Positions 28,836-37,058 of a stretch of DNA of 64,000 nt are shown piece by piece. The DNA is from Thermomicrobiales bacterium. GTDB taxonomy: Bacteria > Chloroflexota > Chloroflexia > Thermomicrobiales > UBA6265. The position numbers and the translations under genes were made by a program. The DNA is taken from NCBI GenBank assembly GCA_049841275.1, contig JASGDN010000061.1:4784-68783 (forward strand), given 5' to 3'. Every line of letters begins with the position of its first letter. The first letter of the stretch is position 1. The notes under the pieces were generated by a model. The model saw only the letters and a program-made list of their open reading frames with translations. It ran no database searches and was not told the origin of the DNA.

Positions 28836-29222
28836 TCACCCGGAGATGACGATGATGTTTGCGTAGAGGGCAGTATCAGCCGTGCGGATCGTGCCGCGTC
28901 CCTCGTGGCTGAGGCGCTTCAGTTCCAGGTGGCTGACCGTCTGCAACGGGATCTCGCCAAGCACGGAACGCAGGTCTGCGATCCATTCCGGGCTGACGGT
29001 GAGTGCTTCCTCCGCCACCAGCACGCGGTCGATCACGAACTCCGCGTTCACGGCCTTCAGCACGTCGAGCACAGTGGGGATACCGTCCACCAGCGCGAGG
29101 TCGATTCGCTCCGGTTCCTGGGGGACGGGGAATCCCCGGTCGCAGACCGTGAAGTAGGCGGTGTGGCCGGTGCTGGCGAGGAGATGGTTGATGCCCGGAT
29201 GCAGGATTCCGCTGCGCTTCAT
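28836..29222 (-). CDS. RbsD/FucU family sugar mutarotase (pyranase)
   Basis: 128 aa. MKRSGILHPGINHLLASTGHTAYFTVCDRGFPVP..IDLALVDGIPTVLDVLKAV are family hallmark motifs. Confidence 0.85.
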   Translation of the reverse strand: MKRSGILHPGINHLLASTGHTAYFTVCDRGFPVPQEPERIDLALVDGIPTVLDVLKAVNAEFVIDRVLVAEEALTVSPEWIADLRSVLGEIPLQTVSHLELKRLSHEGRGTIRTADTALYANIIVISG

Positions 29223-29449
29223 GACCCAGCCTCCCTGGCGTTCTGGACGCGGGTACGCTGGTCGAGGGTGATCTGCTCGGCCAGGGTCGGAGCGGGGCGC
29301 TTGAAGATCAGCGTCCCAAGGCGGATGTCGGCAGTAACCAGTTCCCAGCGATCGGCGCCCAGGCTGTTCAGGCGCTCTGTCGAGGGAAGCTCCGAAACCC
29401 GCTCGACGTGGTATTCCCAGCGTCCGGTTGTGTTGGATGTCCCGCTCAT
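29219..29449 (-). CDS. DUF4177-like small protein
   Basis: 76 aa. RWEYHVERVSELPSTERLNSLGADRWELVTADIRLGTLIFKRP fits the WEY..LN.LG..GWELV..FKR pattern. ATGA overlaps with both neighbours. Confidence 0.6.
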   Translation of the reverse strand: MSGTSNTTGRWEYHVERVSELPSTERLNSLGADRWELVTADIRLGTLIFKRPAPTLAEQITLDQRTRVQNAREAGS

Positions 29450-30309
29450 GATCGTTCTCCGTTATCAGGCTCGTTGTCGTCCGCTCCGGCGCGTGGTGGC
29501 TGCGCTGCGGGTGACATCGCTGCGTCATCGTCTTCTTCGAGCGAGAAGTCCGCAAGCACCCGCTGCTGGATATTGAGGATGTGGGCCTCCAGCGCCTTGG
29601 CGGCAGCATCGGTATCGCCGGCGATCAGGTAGTTGATGATCGTGCGATGCTCATTCAGTGCCTTGTCGACCCAGCCAGCGATCATGAGGCCAGCCTTCTG
29701 GAAGACGGCGATCTGGGCCCACAAGCCGTCGAGCGTGGAGACCAGCCGCCGGTTGTTCGAGTTCTCGAGCAGGAATGAGTGGAAGCCACGATCCACTTCG
29801 AGGAAGGCCTCCGATGCTGCCGTGCGGTCGCGGTCGGTCCGCGCGCTATGCAAGAGGTGGTCGACCCGCTCCAGTTCGTCCAGCTGATGGCGGAATTCGG
29901 CTGGGGACACCGCGATCGCCGCGTGGCGCAACGCGAACGCTTCCAGGGCCGCACGCAGTTCGTAGATCTCCTCGATGTCGCGCCGGTCGTAGGACGCGAC
30001 GAAAAACCCACGGTTCGGCTCCGCAATGACGACGCCGTCCTTCACCAACCGGTGCAATGCTTCTCTCACCGGCGTACGGCTGACCCCCAATTCTTCACTC
30101 AGGCGGAGGTCGGAGAGCTTTTCGCCGGGGTGCAGCTGGCGGTCGAGGATACGGTCCCAAAGGACGCGATAGACGTCCGATCCGAGGTTCCGTCGCTGGA
30201 TCAGATCGCTGCCGTTGCCCGGTGGCTGGGGCGATCCGGACGGCGTGGCGCGCTGGCCGGCGCCAGGCCGGAGGCCGTCTCCACCCGATTCCATGTGCGA
30301 TTCCGTCAT
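29446..30309 (-). CDS. GntR family transcriptional regulator, FadR/FCD subfamily
   Basis: The wHTH is ..LHPGEKLSDLRLSEELGVSRTPVREALHRLVKDGVV.., followed by a helical FCD-like C-terminal domain (..FHSFLLENSNNRRL..EHRTIINYLIAGD..). First gene of a 3-gene overlapping operon. Confidence 0.87.
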   Translation of the reverse strand: MTESHMESGGDGLRPGAGQRATPSGSPQPPGNGSDLIQRRNLGSDVYRVLWDRILDRQLHPGEKLSDLRLSEELGVSRTPVREALHRLVKDGVVIAEPNRGFFVASYDRRDIEEIYELRAALEAFALRHAAIAVSPAEFRHQLDELERVDHLLHSARTDRDRTAASEAFLEVDRGFHSFLLENSNNRRLVSTLDGLWAQIAVFQKAGLMIAGWVDKALNEHRTIINYLIAGDTDAAAKALEAHILNIQQRVLADFSLEEDDDAAMSPAAQPPRAGADDNEPDNGERS

Positions 30310-30452
30310 GGCAGTGGCCCGACTTTCTTGCTCGATCGATGACCGGTTCCGGCAACGCCGGTACCATCCCTGGCGTCATGCGCTCGGGGCAGAGCCGCGA
30401 GCACAGCAGCAGGGATTTCACGCGATTGCTATCGAAGACGATGACGATGATG

Positions 30453-30482
30453 ATTGTATACAATACCGGGACTGTATACAAA
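30453..30482. promoter_or_regulatory. Two candidate FCD-GntR operators (ATTGTATACAAT and ACTGTATACAAA)
   Basis: Sites at 30453-30464 and 30471-30482, 18 nt centre to centre. They lie in the divergent region between the GntR operon (start 30309) and the aminotransferase gene (start 30664). Confidence 0.5.
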
Positions 30483-30663
30483 GAATCGGTCACCGGGCTC
30501 TACGTCCGGTTATACCACCGGTGCCGGGCTGGCTCCCCTCGCGCGGGATGCGCGGTCCGGGTATGCTGGCAGGACGAGCAGGCGGCCGTGGCTTCCGGCG
30601 ATTCGGACGCGGCGATCGATGCATGGGGTGCGCGGGACCGGACCGCGACAGGAGAGGAATGGC

Positions 30664-31839
30664 ATGACGGCACGACTCGCCTCGCGGATGGGGCGTTTGG
30701 GGACGGAGACGGCGTTCGAGGTGCTGGTGCGTGCCCGTGCGCTGGAGGCGCAGGGACGCGATGTGGTGCATGTCGAGGTGGGTGAGCCCGACTTCGACAC
30801 GCCTGAGAACATCATCCGTGCGGGGCAGGAGGCGCTGGCCTCTGGCTGGACGCACTATGGCCCGGCCAACGGCGACCCCCAGTTGCGCGAGGCGATCACG
30901 ACCTATATCAACGGCCATCGCAAGACCGCCTTCACGCCCGATCAGGTGGTGGTGACGCCGGGTGGCAAGCCGATCATGTTCTTCCTCATCCTGGCGTTGC
31001 TGGAGGAGGGTGACGAGGCGATCTATCCCGATCCCGGTTTCCCGATCTACGAGTCGATGATCAACTTCTCCGGTGCGAAGCCGGTGCCGATCAAGCTCCG
31101 GGAGGAGAACCAGTTCCGGCTCGATGTCGAGGAACTGAAGTCGCTCGTCACCCCGAAGACGAAGCTGCTGATCATCAACAGCCCGGCGAACCCGACCGGT
31201 GGCGTCCTGACGCGTGAGGATATCGAGGCGATCGCGCAGATTGCGGTCGAGAACGACATCATCGTGATGTCCGACGAGATCTACGCCGAGCTGCTCTACG
31301 AGGGCGAGCACGTCTCCATCGCGTCGCTTCCGGGTATGGAAGACCGCACGGTGATTCTCGACGGCTTCTCCAAGACCTATGCGATGACCGGCTGGCGACT
31401 GGGCTACGGGCTCTTCCCGAAGGACCTGGCGCCGCTGATTGCGAAACTGGCAGTGAACAGCGTCTCCTGCACCTCGGTCGCCGTGCAGCGCGCCGGTCTG
31501 GAGGCCCTCACTGGGCCGCAGGACAAGGTCTCCGAGTTCCGCGAGGCGTTCCGGAAGCGGCGCGATCTGGTGGTGGGACGGCTGAACCGGATCGACGGCG
31601 TCTCCTGCGTGACGCCGAAGGGCGCCTTCTACGCCTTCCCGAACATCACCGGCACCGGCCTGACGAGCCGCGAGTTCGCGGATTCCTACCTGCAGGACTA
31701 TGGCGTCGCGGCGATTGCGGGAACCTCGTTCGGTGCGGCTGGGGAGGGCTACGTCCGTCTCTCGACGGCGAACTCCGAGGCGAACCTGAACAAGGCGCTC
31801 GACCGCATGGAGCAACTCATCGCCGACCTCAAGAGATAG
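30664..31839 (+). CDS. Pyridoxal-phosphate-dependent aminotransferase, class I (aspartate aminotransferase-like)
   Basis: Start at MTARLASRMG. Contains ..VHVEVGEPDFDTPENI..YGPANG..INSPANPTGGV..DEIYAEL..GFSKTYAMTGWRLGY (PLP-Lys motif)..RLSTA. Confidence 0.88.
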   Translation: MTARLASRMGRLGTETAFEVLVRARALEAQGRDVVHVEVGEPDFDTPENIIRAGQEALASGWTHYGPANGDPQLREAITTYINGHRKTAFTPDQVVVTPGGKPIMFFLILALLEEGDEAIYPDPGFPIYESMINFSGAKPVPIKLREENQFRLDVEELKSLVTPKTKLLIINSPANPTGGVLTREDIEAIAQIAVENDIIVMSDEIYAELLYEGEHVSIASLPGMEDRTVILDGFSKTYAMTGWRLGYGLFPKDLAPLIAKLAVNSVSCTSVAVQRAGLEALTGPQDKVSEFREAFRKRRDLVVGRLNRIDGVSCVTPKGAFYAFPNITGTGLTSREFADSYLQDYGVAAIAGTSFGAAGEGYVRLSTANSEANLNKALDRMEQLIADLKR

Positions 31840-31867
31840 GCCATCAACGGCCTAATACGATGCACGG

Positions 31868-31897
31868 GAAGGCCGGTGCGATGCAGCACCGGCCTTC
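31868..31897. terminator. 12-bp stem hairpin between convergent genes
   Basis: GAAGGCCGGTGC-GATGCA-GCACCGGCCTTC, located between the aminotransferase stop and the nitroreductase-remnant stop. Confidence 0.55.
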
Positions 31898-31899
31898 GG

Positions 31900-32431
31900 T
31901 CATCCCTCGTCGTGGACGGGATACCGGCCGTAGCCGACCAGTTCCGAGAGCGGCTTGCGGCCAGCTTTCGCCGGGCTGGAGCGTGGATCGGCGTAGGTCG
32001 TCGGATACCCGAAGGCGATCACCGACTTGAAGAGATGATCGTCCGGCACTCCCAACATCGCGCGGGCAGCGGCCTGTTGATCCGGAGTATCGAACCAGGC
32101 CGTGCCGCCGCCGAACCCCAGGGCATTCGCCGCAATCAGCAGGCGTTCAGTGATGCGACCCTCGTCTTGTCGAGCACGACACCGATCGCGAGCGAGGTGC
32201 TAGCCACCCAGGCAATACGCGGGCTAAGGTCCGCGACCGCTCCGGACGGTCGAGCACGATGAAGTGCCAGGGTTGGCGATTGAGGGCGCTGCTCGTCCAT
32301 CGCGCGACCTCCAACAATTCGTTCACGGCATCGGAAGGGATCGAGCGCCCATCGAACTGCCATGCCTGGCGGACGTGTTTCAGGAGGGCAAGCGTGCGCT
32401 GCGCCTCGTCAGGATCGGGGTTTGGCATCAT
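31900..32431 (-). pseudogene. Nitroreductase family gene disrupted by two frameshifts
   Basis: Three consecutive minus-strand frames carry the pieces. They are ..AVNELLEVARWTSSALNRQPWHFIVLDRPE, then ..AVADLSPRIAWVASTSLAIGVVLDKTR, then EGRITERLLIAANALGFGGGTAWFDTPDQQAAARAMLGVPDDHLFKSVIAFGYPT..HDEG-stop. The shifts are near 32235-32250 and 32150-32175. Confidence 0.75.
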
Positions 32432-32486
32432 GATGAAGCCTGCTCATTGGTAAACGACCGCAATCGCCGGAGGCCGGTCCAGTGCC

Positions 32487-32939
32487 TCAGCCACGAGACC
32501 GGAGATAGGCGATAAGGGTACCAACACCAGAAACTACCGCGACGACATGCAGGATGTTGAGCCCGACAACCATTTTGGCCGGAATGTCTTCAATCTGCAC
32601 TACCGGAAAGATGAACGAGACGATGCAGGCAACAATGGCGACGATTGCGAACCATTTCAACGGCTGAGCACTGAACTTGCGCAGAAGCAGGAAGATGATT
32701 CCGCCAAAGATCCAGTAGAAGATGACCGAGCCGACGGCATCGCTGGCAGTGATGGGACCAACGTCACCTCCCATCCGCTCGATTGTCACGGAATCGGGAA
32801 TCAGCCCGGCAGCGTCTACGAGAAAGAATGCGATTGCTGTCGTGACTGCTGAGGCAATGATCGCCAGCACCAGGCCGATCACGGCGTCCTTCCAGGAGAA
32901 TGGCTTTTCATTGTCGAAGATGCTGAAAGCGCTGGCCAT
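32487..32939 (-). CDS. Hypothetical membrane protein (4 TM, 150 aa)
   Basis: Start at MASAFSIF (32939), preceded by GGTGGAGGA. Four clear hydrophobic helices. GC is lower than the neighbours. Confidence 0.6.
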   Translation of the reverse strand: MASAFSIFDNEKPFSWKDAVIGLVLAIIASAVTTAIAFFLVDAAGLIPDSVTIERMGGDVGPITASDAVGSVIFYWIFGGIIFLLLRKFSAQPLKWFAIVAIVACIVSFIFPVVQIEDIPAKMVVGLNILHVVAVVSGVGTLIAYLRSRG

Positions 32940-33326
32940 GAGAATTCCTCCACCACTTGTGACCACGACACGTCGCCGGAAATCTGTCGCTGCACCGGCG
33001 ACCCGTTCGTGGCATCGCGGGAATGCAACGCGCGATGCCCCGTCGGGATTCCAGTGTGCCAGCGCCAGGGATAGCCTGGCTTCTCCCCGCTTGCGGGATC
33101 ATGCGGATGTCCGGCCCAGGCACGGCTGAAGGGCATCGACAATATCCGTGGCGGGAGCGGCGCCTTTGAGGTAAACCGGGGATGCGTCGTCCAATAGGCC
33201 CGGCCAGCTATCACCGTTGCTCTTTGCCAGGAGACGAACGTGCATGCCTAGAAGGCAGGCGATTGCCGGTTCCGCGCAGCGCAGGCATGATGGACGCGGA
33301 TGGGACTTCGCGAAGGGGATACGACC

Positions 33327-34241
33327 ATGACAGCAGTGACACGCGCGACGCGGACAGTCACCATTGATGGCCGGCGGCTCACGCTCTCCAGCCCGGACAA
33401 GGTGATGTTCCCCGGAACGGGCATGACCAAGGCCGGCGTGATCGACTATTTCACCGCTGTTGCGTCCGTCATGCTGCCTCAACTCCGCGACCGCCCGGTG
33501 ACCCGCATCCGGTTTCCGGACGGCTTCGGCGGCGAACGATTCTTCGAGAAGAATGCGCCCCGCTATGCGCCGGACTGGCTGCGCGCCTTCACCATCGATG
33601 CCAGTCCCGGCGATCCCGCTTCGAAGGACGTACGCTATCCCGTCATCGACGACCTCGCTGGGCTGACGTGGATGGCGAACCAGGCTGCGCTGGAGCTGCA
33701 TGCACCGCAGTGGCGGCTCGGGCCGCGCGGCGGCGTCCGCAGACCGGATCGCCTCGTGGTCGACCTCGATCCCGGTGAAGGAACGACCCTGGATGATGTC
33801 GCCTCGGTCGCGGCGATCGTTGCGGACCGCTTGCGGGCCGAAGGGCTCGTCCCGGTGCCAGTCAGCAGCGGCGGCAAGGGCATTCATATCTACGCAGCGG
33901 TCGATGGGCGGCGAACGGCGCGAACGATCCACGAGTGGGTGAAATGGCTTGCGCGGGAGTTGGAGGCCGCGCATCCGGAGCGGATCGTGACGAATGTTCG
34001 GAAGGTCCATCGCGGAGGGCGCGTCTTCCTCGACTGGAGCCAGAACCACCCCTCGCGCTCGACTGCCACGCCGTATACCCTGCGCGCGAAAGGCCCGAAT
34101 CCGACCGTCGCCGCCCCGCGCTTCTGGGATGAGATCGCGTCCGGCATTGCCCAGCTCGGCCCGGACGAGGTACTGAAGCGGCTCGACGAACACGGCGATA
34201 TCTTTGTGCGCGTTGTCAATAACGGCGGTGCGCCCGTATGA
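33327..34241 (+). CDS. LigD-type polymerase/primase domain protein (NHEJ PolDom), stand-alone
   Basis: Contains ..LSSPDKVMFPGTGMTKAGVIDYF..RIRFPDGFGGERFFEKN..LELHAPQW..PDRLVVDLDPGEG..SGGKGIHIY..VFLDWSQNHPSRSTATPYTLR, the archaeo-eukaryotic primase motifs of LigD-Pol. Confidence 0.85.
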   Translation: MTAVTRATRTVTIDGRRLTLSSPDKVMFPGTGMTKAGVIDYFTAVASVMLPQLRDRPVTRIRFPDGFGGERFFEKNAPRYAPDWLRAFTIDASPGDPASKDVRYPVIDDLAGLTWMANQAALELHAPQWRLGPRGGVRRPDRLVVDLDPGEGTTLDDVASVAAIVADRLRAEGLVPVPVSSGGKGIHIYAAVDGRRTARTIHEWVKWLARELEAAHPERIVTNVRKVHRGGRVFLDWSQNHPSRSTATPYTLRAKGPNPTVAAPRFWDEIASGIAQLGPDEVLKRLDEHGDIFVRVVNNGGAPV

Positions 34242-34255
34242 CATAGGGGAAGCTG

Positions 34256-35320
34256 ATGGAGACGGCGATGATTCCGGAGACGATGTGCGGTGTGAAGCTT
34301 CCCGGAGGGCGGCGGGTGGAGTTCGTGGACATACCTGTGCCGGCGCCCGGATTCGGTGAGGTACTGGTGCGGATGAAGGCTTCCTCCATCTGCGGCAGCG
34401 ACATCCGGGCCATCTACCGTGAGCACCTTGGGCACGGGCCGGAGGCATACCAGAACGTGATTGCCGGGCATGAACCATCCGGGCAGATCGTCGCGGTCGG
34501 ACCGGGCTGCCATCGCTTCGGCGTCGGGGACCGCGTCATCCTCTATCACATCGCTGGCTGCGGCGTCTGTCCCGACTGCCGTGAGGGGTACATGATCAGC
34601 TGCACATCACCGCAACGTGCCGCGTACGGCTGGCAGCGGGATGGCGGTCACGCTGATTACCTGCTTGCATCGGAAGCGACCTGTGTCCCGCTGCCGGAGC
34701 CGCTGACCTACGTCGATGGTGCACTGATCGCCTGCGGGTTCGGCACCGCCTACGAGGCGCTGCGCAAGGCGAACGTCTCCGGGCGCGACCGCGTGTTGGT
34801 CACCGGGATGGGGCCGGTCGGCATGGCGGTCGGGGTGCTGGCGAAGGCGATGGGCGCGTCGCAGGTGATCGGTACGGACGTTGCGGCGGAGCGGCTTTCC
34901 TTTGCATTGGAGGTCGGTGCGGTCGACGAGGGCCTCATCTCGAACGAAGGCACGCACGGACGCATCCTGCAGCTGACCGGCAGGTTCGGCTGCGAGGTGG
35001 CCGTCGATTGTTCGGGGAATCTGGCCGCACGGGAACTGGCGTTGCGGGCGACGCGCCGGTTCGGCCGTTGCGTGATGGTCGGCGAGGGCAATCGCCTGGA
35101 CATCGATGTGAGCCAGGTGCTGATCCATCCGCAGATCACGCTGATGGGCTCATGGGTGACAAGCATTGGGCATATGGAGGAGCTGACCGAGAACCTGGTG
35201 CGCTGGAACCTGCATCCGGAGAAGATCGTCTCCCATCGCTTTGGTCTCGAAGACGCCGCCGAGGCCTACCGCGTGGCCGACGCGGGGAAGTCCGGCAAGG
35301 TCTGCATCGTGATGGATTGA
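34256..35320 (+). CDS. Zinc-dependent alcohol/polyol dehydrogenase (MDR family)
   Basis: Has [12 protein letters not shown], the structural-zinc Cys cluster [16 protein letters not shown], and the Rossmann motif [11 protein letters not shown]. 354 aa. Confidence 0.87.
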   Translation: METAMIPETMCGVKLPGGRRVEFVDIPVPAPGFGEVLVRMKASSICGSDIRAIYREHLGHGPEAYQNVIAGHEPSGQIVAVGPGCHRFGVGDRVILYHIAGCGVCPDCREGYMISCTSPQRAAYGWQRDGGHADYLLASEATCVPLPEPLTYVDGALIACGFGTAYEALRKANVSGRDRVLVTGMGPVGMAVGVLAKAMGASQVIGTDVAAERLSFALEVGAVDEGLISNEGTHGRILQLTGRFGCEVAVDCSGNLAARELALRATRRFGRCVMVGEGNRLDIDVSQVLIHPQITLMGSWVTSIGHMEELTENLVRWNLHPEKIVSHRFGLEDAAEAYRVADAGKSGKVCIVMD

Positions 35321-35366
35321 GTGGGGTCGGGGCAGGAACGTTCCGCGGGCGAACTGGACGGCAAAC

Positions 35367-37016
35367 TCAGGCAGAGAAGGCGAGGCGGACGTGCAGGGCC
35401 AGGTGCAGGCGCAGGCGGATGTCCGCGTCGTTCAGGTCCTGCCCGGTGATCTCGGCGATGCGCTCCAGGCGGTAGAGCACGGTGTTCCGGTGGACGTGGA
35501 GCAATGTCGCCGCCTCCTTCGGACTGCAGTTCGCCGCGAAGAAGGCTTCCAGCGTCTTGATCAGTTCCGCACCGTGCATCCGGTCGTAGTCGAGGAGCAA
35601 ACCAAGCGCCTCATCCTGGAACGTCTTCAGTTCCGGCAGGCTTTCCGCCGCGTAGATCAGCCGGTAGACGCCGAGCTGGTCGAACGAGGTGACGTGGCCA
35701 GGTCCACGTAGGCGGCGTCCCAGCGTCAGCGCCTGCCGCGCCTCCTGATGCGATTGCCGGATGCCCTCGATCCCGGAGCGGGCGCGGCCGACCCCGAGTG
35801 AGACGACTTCTGTCGAGGCGTGGATGGCGATTGCAGCGTTCAGGTCGTTACGGAGCGTGACGACGATCTCCTCGACTTCCCCTTCCGTGGATATCGGCCA
35901 GATTACTTCGGCGCTGGTGTTTCGCACGCGCCACATGATGCGCGCGTTGCGGTCGCGCGCGGCCCGTTGCAGTCCGTCTTCCAGGATCGACCAGCGGCCG
36001 TCACGCGCGCGTGCGGGTGCATTCGGCGCCGGTTCCACGCGGGCGATCAGCGCAACGTAGGTACCGTTGAGATCGTGTCCCAGCCGCTGCGATTGTTGCA
36101 GGAGCGAGACCTCGCTCCGGAGCGCCCCATCCAGGATCTCGTCGAGCACGTTCAACTCGATTTCCTGACGGGCGCTGAGGGCTGCTTCCTCGCGGGAGAG
36201 TGCGACGGCCGCCGCCGCCGCGCCACGAGAGGCGAGCATGCCGTCTTCGACCACGTCCTCACCGCTCGGTACGAGCAGGGAGACGTTCCCCAGCAGGCCG
36301 TCGCGGCCGATCACTGGTGCGACGATACGGCTCCATCCGGAATCAGTTGGGTAGGTGGCAGTCGGCGGTTCGGCGGAGCTTGTCGCGGCGACGCTGCGCA
36401 GCCAGGCCTGGACGGTCGCGCGGGTGGGGAGCAGGATGGCGTCCGGGTCGCTGACGCTATATCGTGAGGCAGCGTTTGCGCTCAGGGCCAGGATGCGGCC
36501 GTCTCGCCCTTCGATCGCCACGGCACGCCCGGCCAGCCGCGAGAGGTCGGTTGCCATTGCCTCCAGCGACTCGCCACCAATGGCCAATTCCATCAGGCGA
36601 CGGCCTGCCTCCTGACCCCGGCGCTGGATTTCGCGGCGGCGCTCCGTGATGTAGCGGGAGGTGTTGCGCTCCAGCGCGCTGTAGTCGACGCCTTCCGGCA
36701 GCATGAGCAGGGGAATACCCGCTTCAATGGAGGAACGGCGTGCGGCTTCGTCCACCGTGTCGGAGAGGGCGATCGCCGCGACGCCGAATCCCGACAGCTG
36801 CCGGATTGCCTGATCGAGCGTCAGTCGCTCGTCCAGCATTTCCAGCACGTGAGGCGGCAGGAGAACGATCTCGCCGCCACTGAGATGCTCGAAGGCGGGC
36901 GGCGCCGGGCGCAGGCGAGTTGCCCAGGTGACTTCCCGCCCCAGCCCGGACTCGCCGGCGACGACGCGCGTCGGATCGGGAAGGGCTTTCCGGAGGATGT
37001 CGTTGACGGAGATCAT
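35367..37016 (-). CDS. PucR/CdaR family transcriptional regulator
   Basis: 549 aa. The C-terminal HTH LLHVHRNTVLYRLERIAEITGQDLNDADIRLRLHLAL is the PucR C-terminal signature. Sits directly downstream of the GS-family gene. Confidence 0.85.
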   Translation of the reverse strand: MISVNDILRKALPDPTRVVAGESGLGREVTWATRLRPAPPAFEHLSGGEIVLLPPHVLEMLDERLTLDQAIRQLSGFGVAAIALSDTVDEAARRSSIEAGIPLLMLPEGVDYSALERNTSRYITERRREIQRRGQEAGRRLMELAIGGESLEAMATDLSRLAGRAVAIEGRDGRILALSANAASRYSVSDPDAILLPTRATVQAWLRSVAATSSAEPPTATYPTDSGWSRIVAPVIGRDGLLGNVSLLVPSGEDVVEDGMLASRGAAAAAVALSREEAALSARQEIELNVLDEILDGALRSEVSLLQQSQRLGHDLNGTYVALIARVEPAPNAPARARDGRWSILEDGLQRAARDRNARIMWRVRNTSAEVIWPISTEGEVEEIVVTLRNDLNAAIAIHASTEVVSLGVGRARSGIEGIRQSHQEARQALTLGRRLRGPGHVTSFDQLGVYRLIYAAESLPELKTFQDEALGLLLDYDRMHGAELIKTLEAFFAANCSPKEAATLLHVHRNTVLYRLERIAEITGQDLNDADIRLRLHLALHVRLAFSA

Positions 37017-37058
37017 CGGTCGTGTGCTCCAGGAGCCGGCAGAACTGGGCGATCCACG

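Noticed and set aside
30490-34478. Long minus-strand ORFs 30490-31815 and 33099-34478
   Set aside because: They are antisense to the aminotransferase and LigD-Pol/ADH genes respectively, both of which carry clear catalytic motifs.
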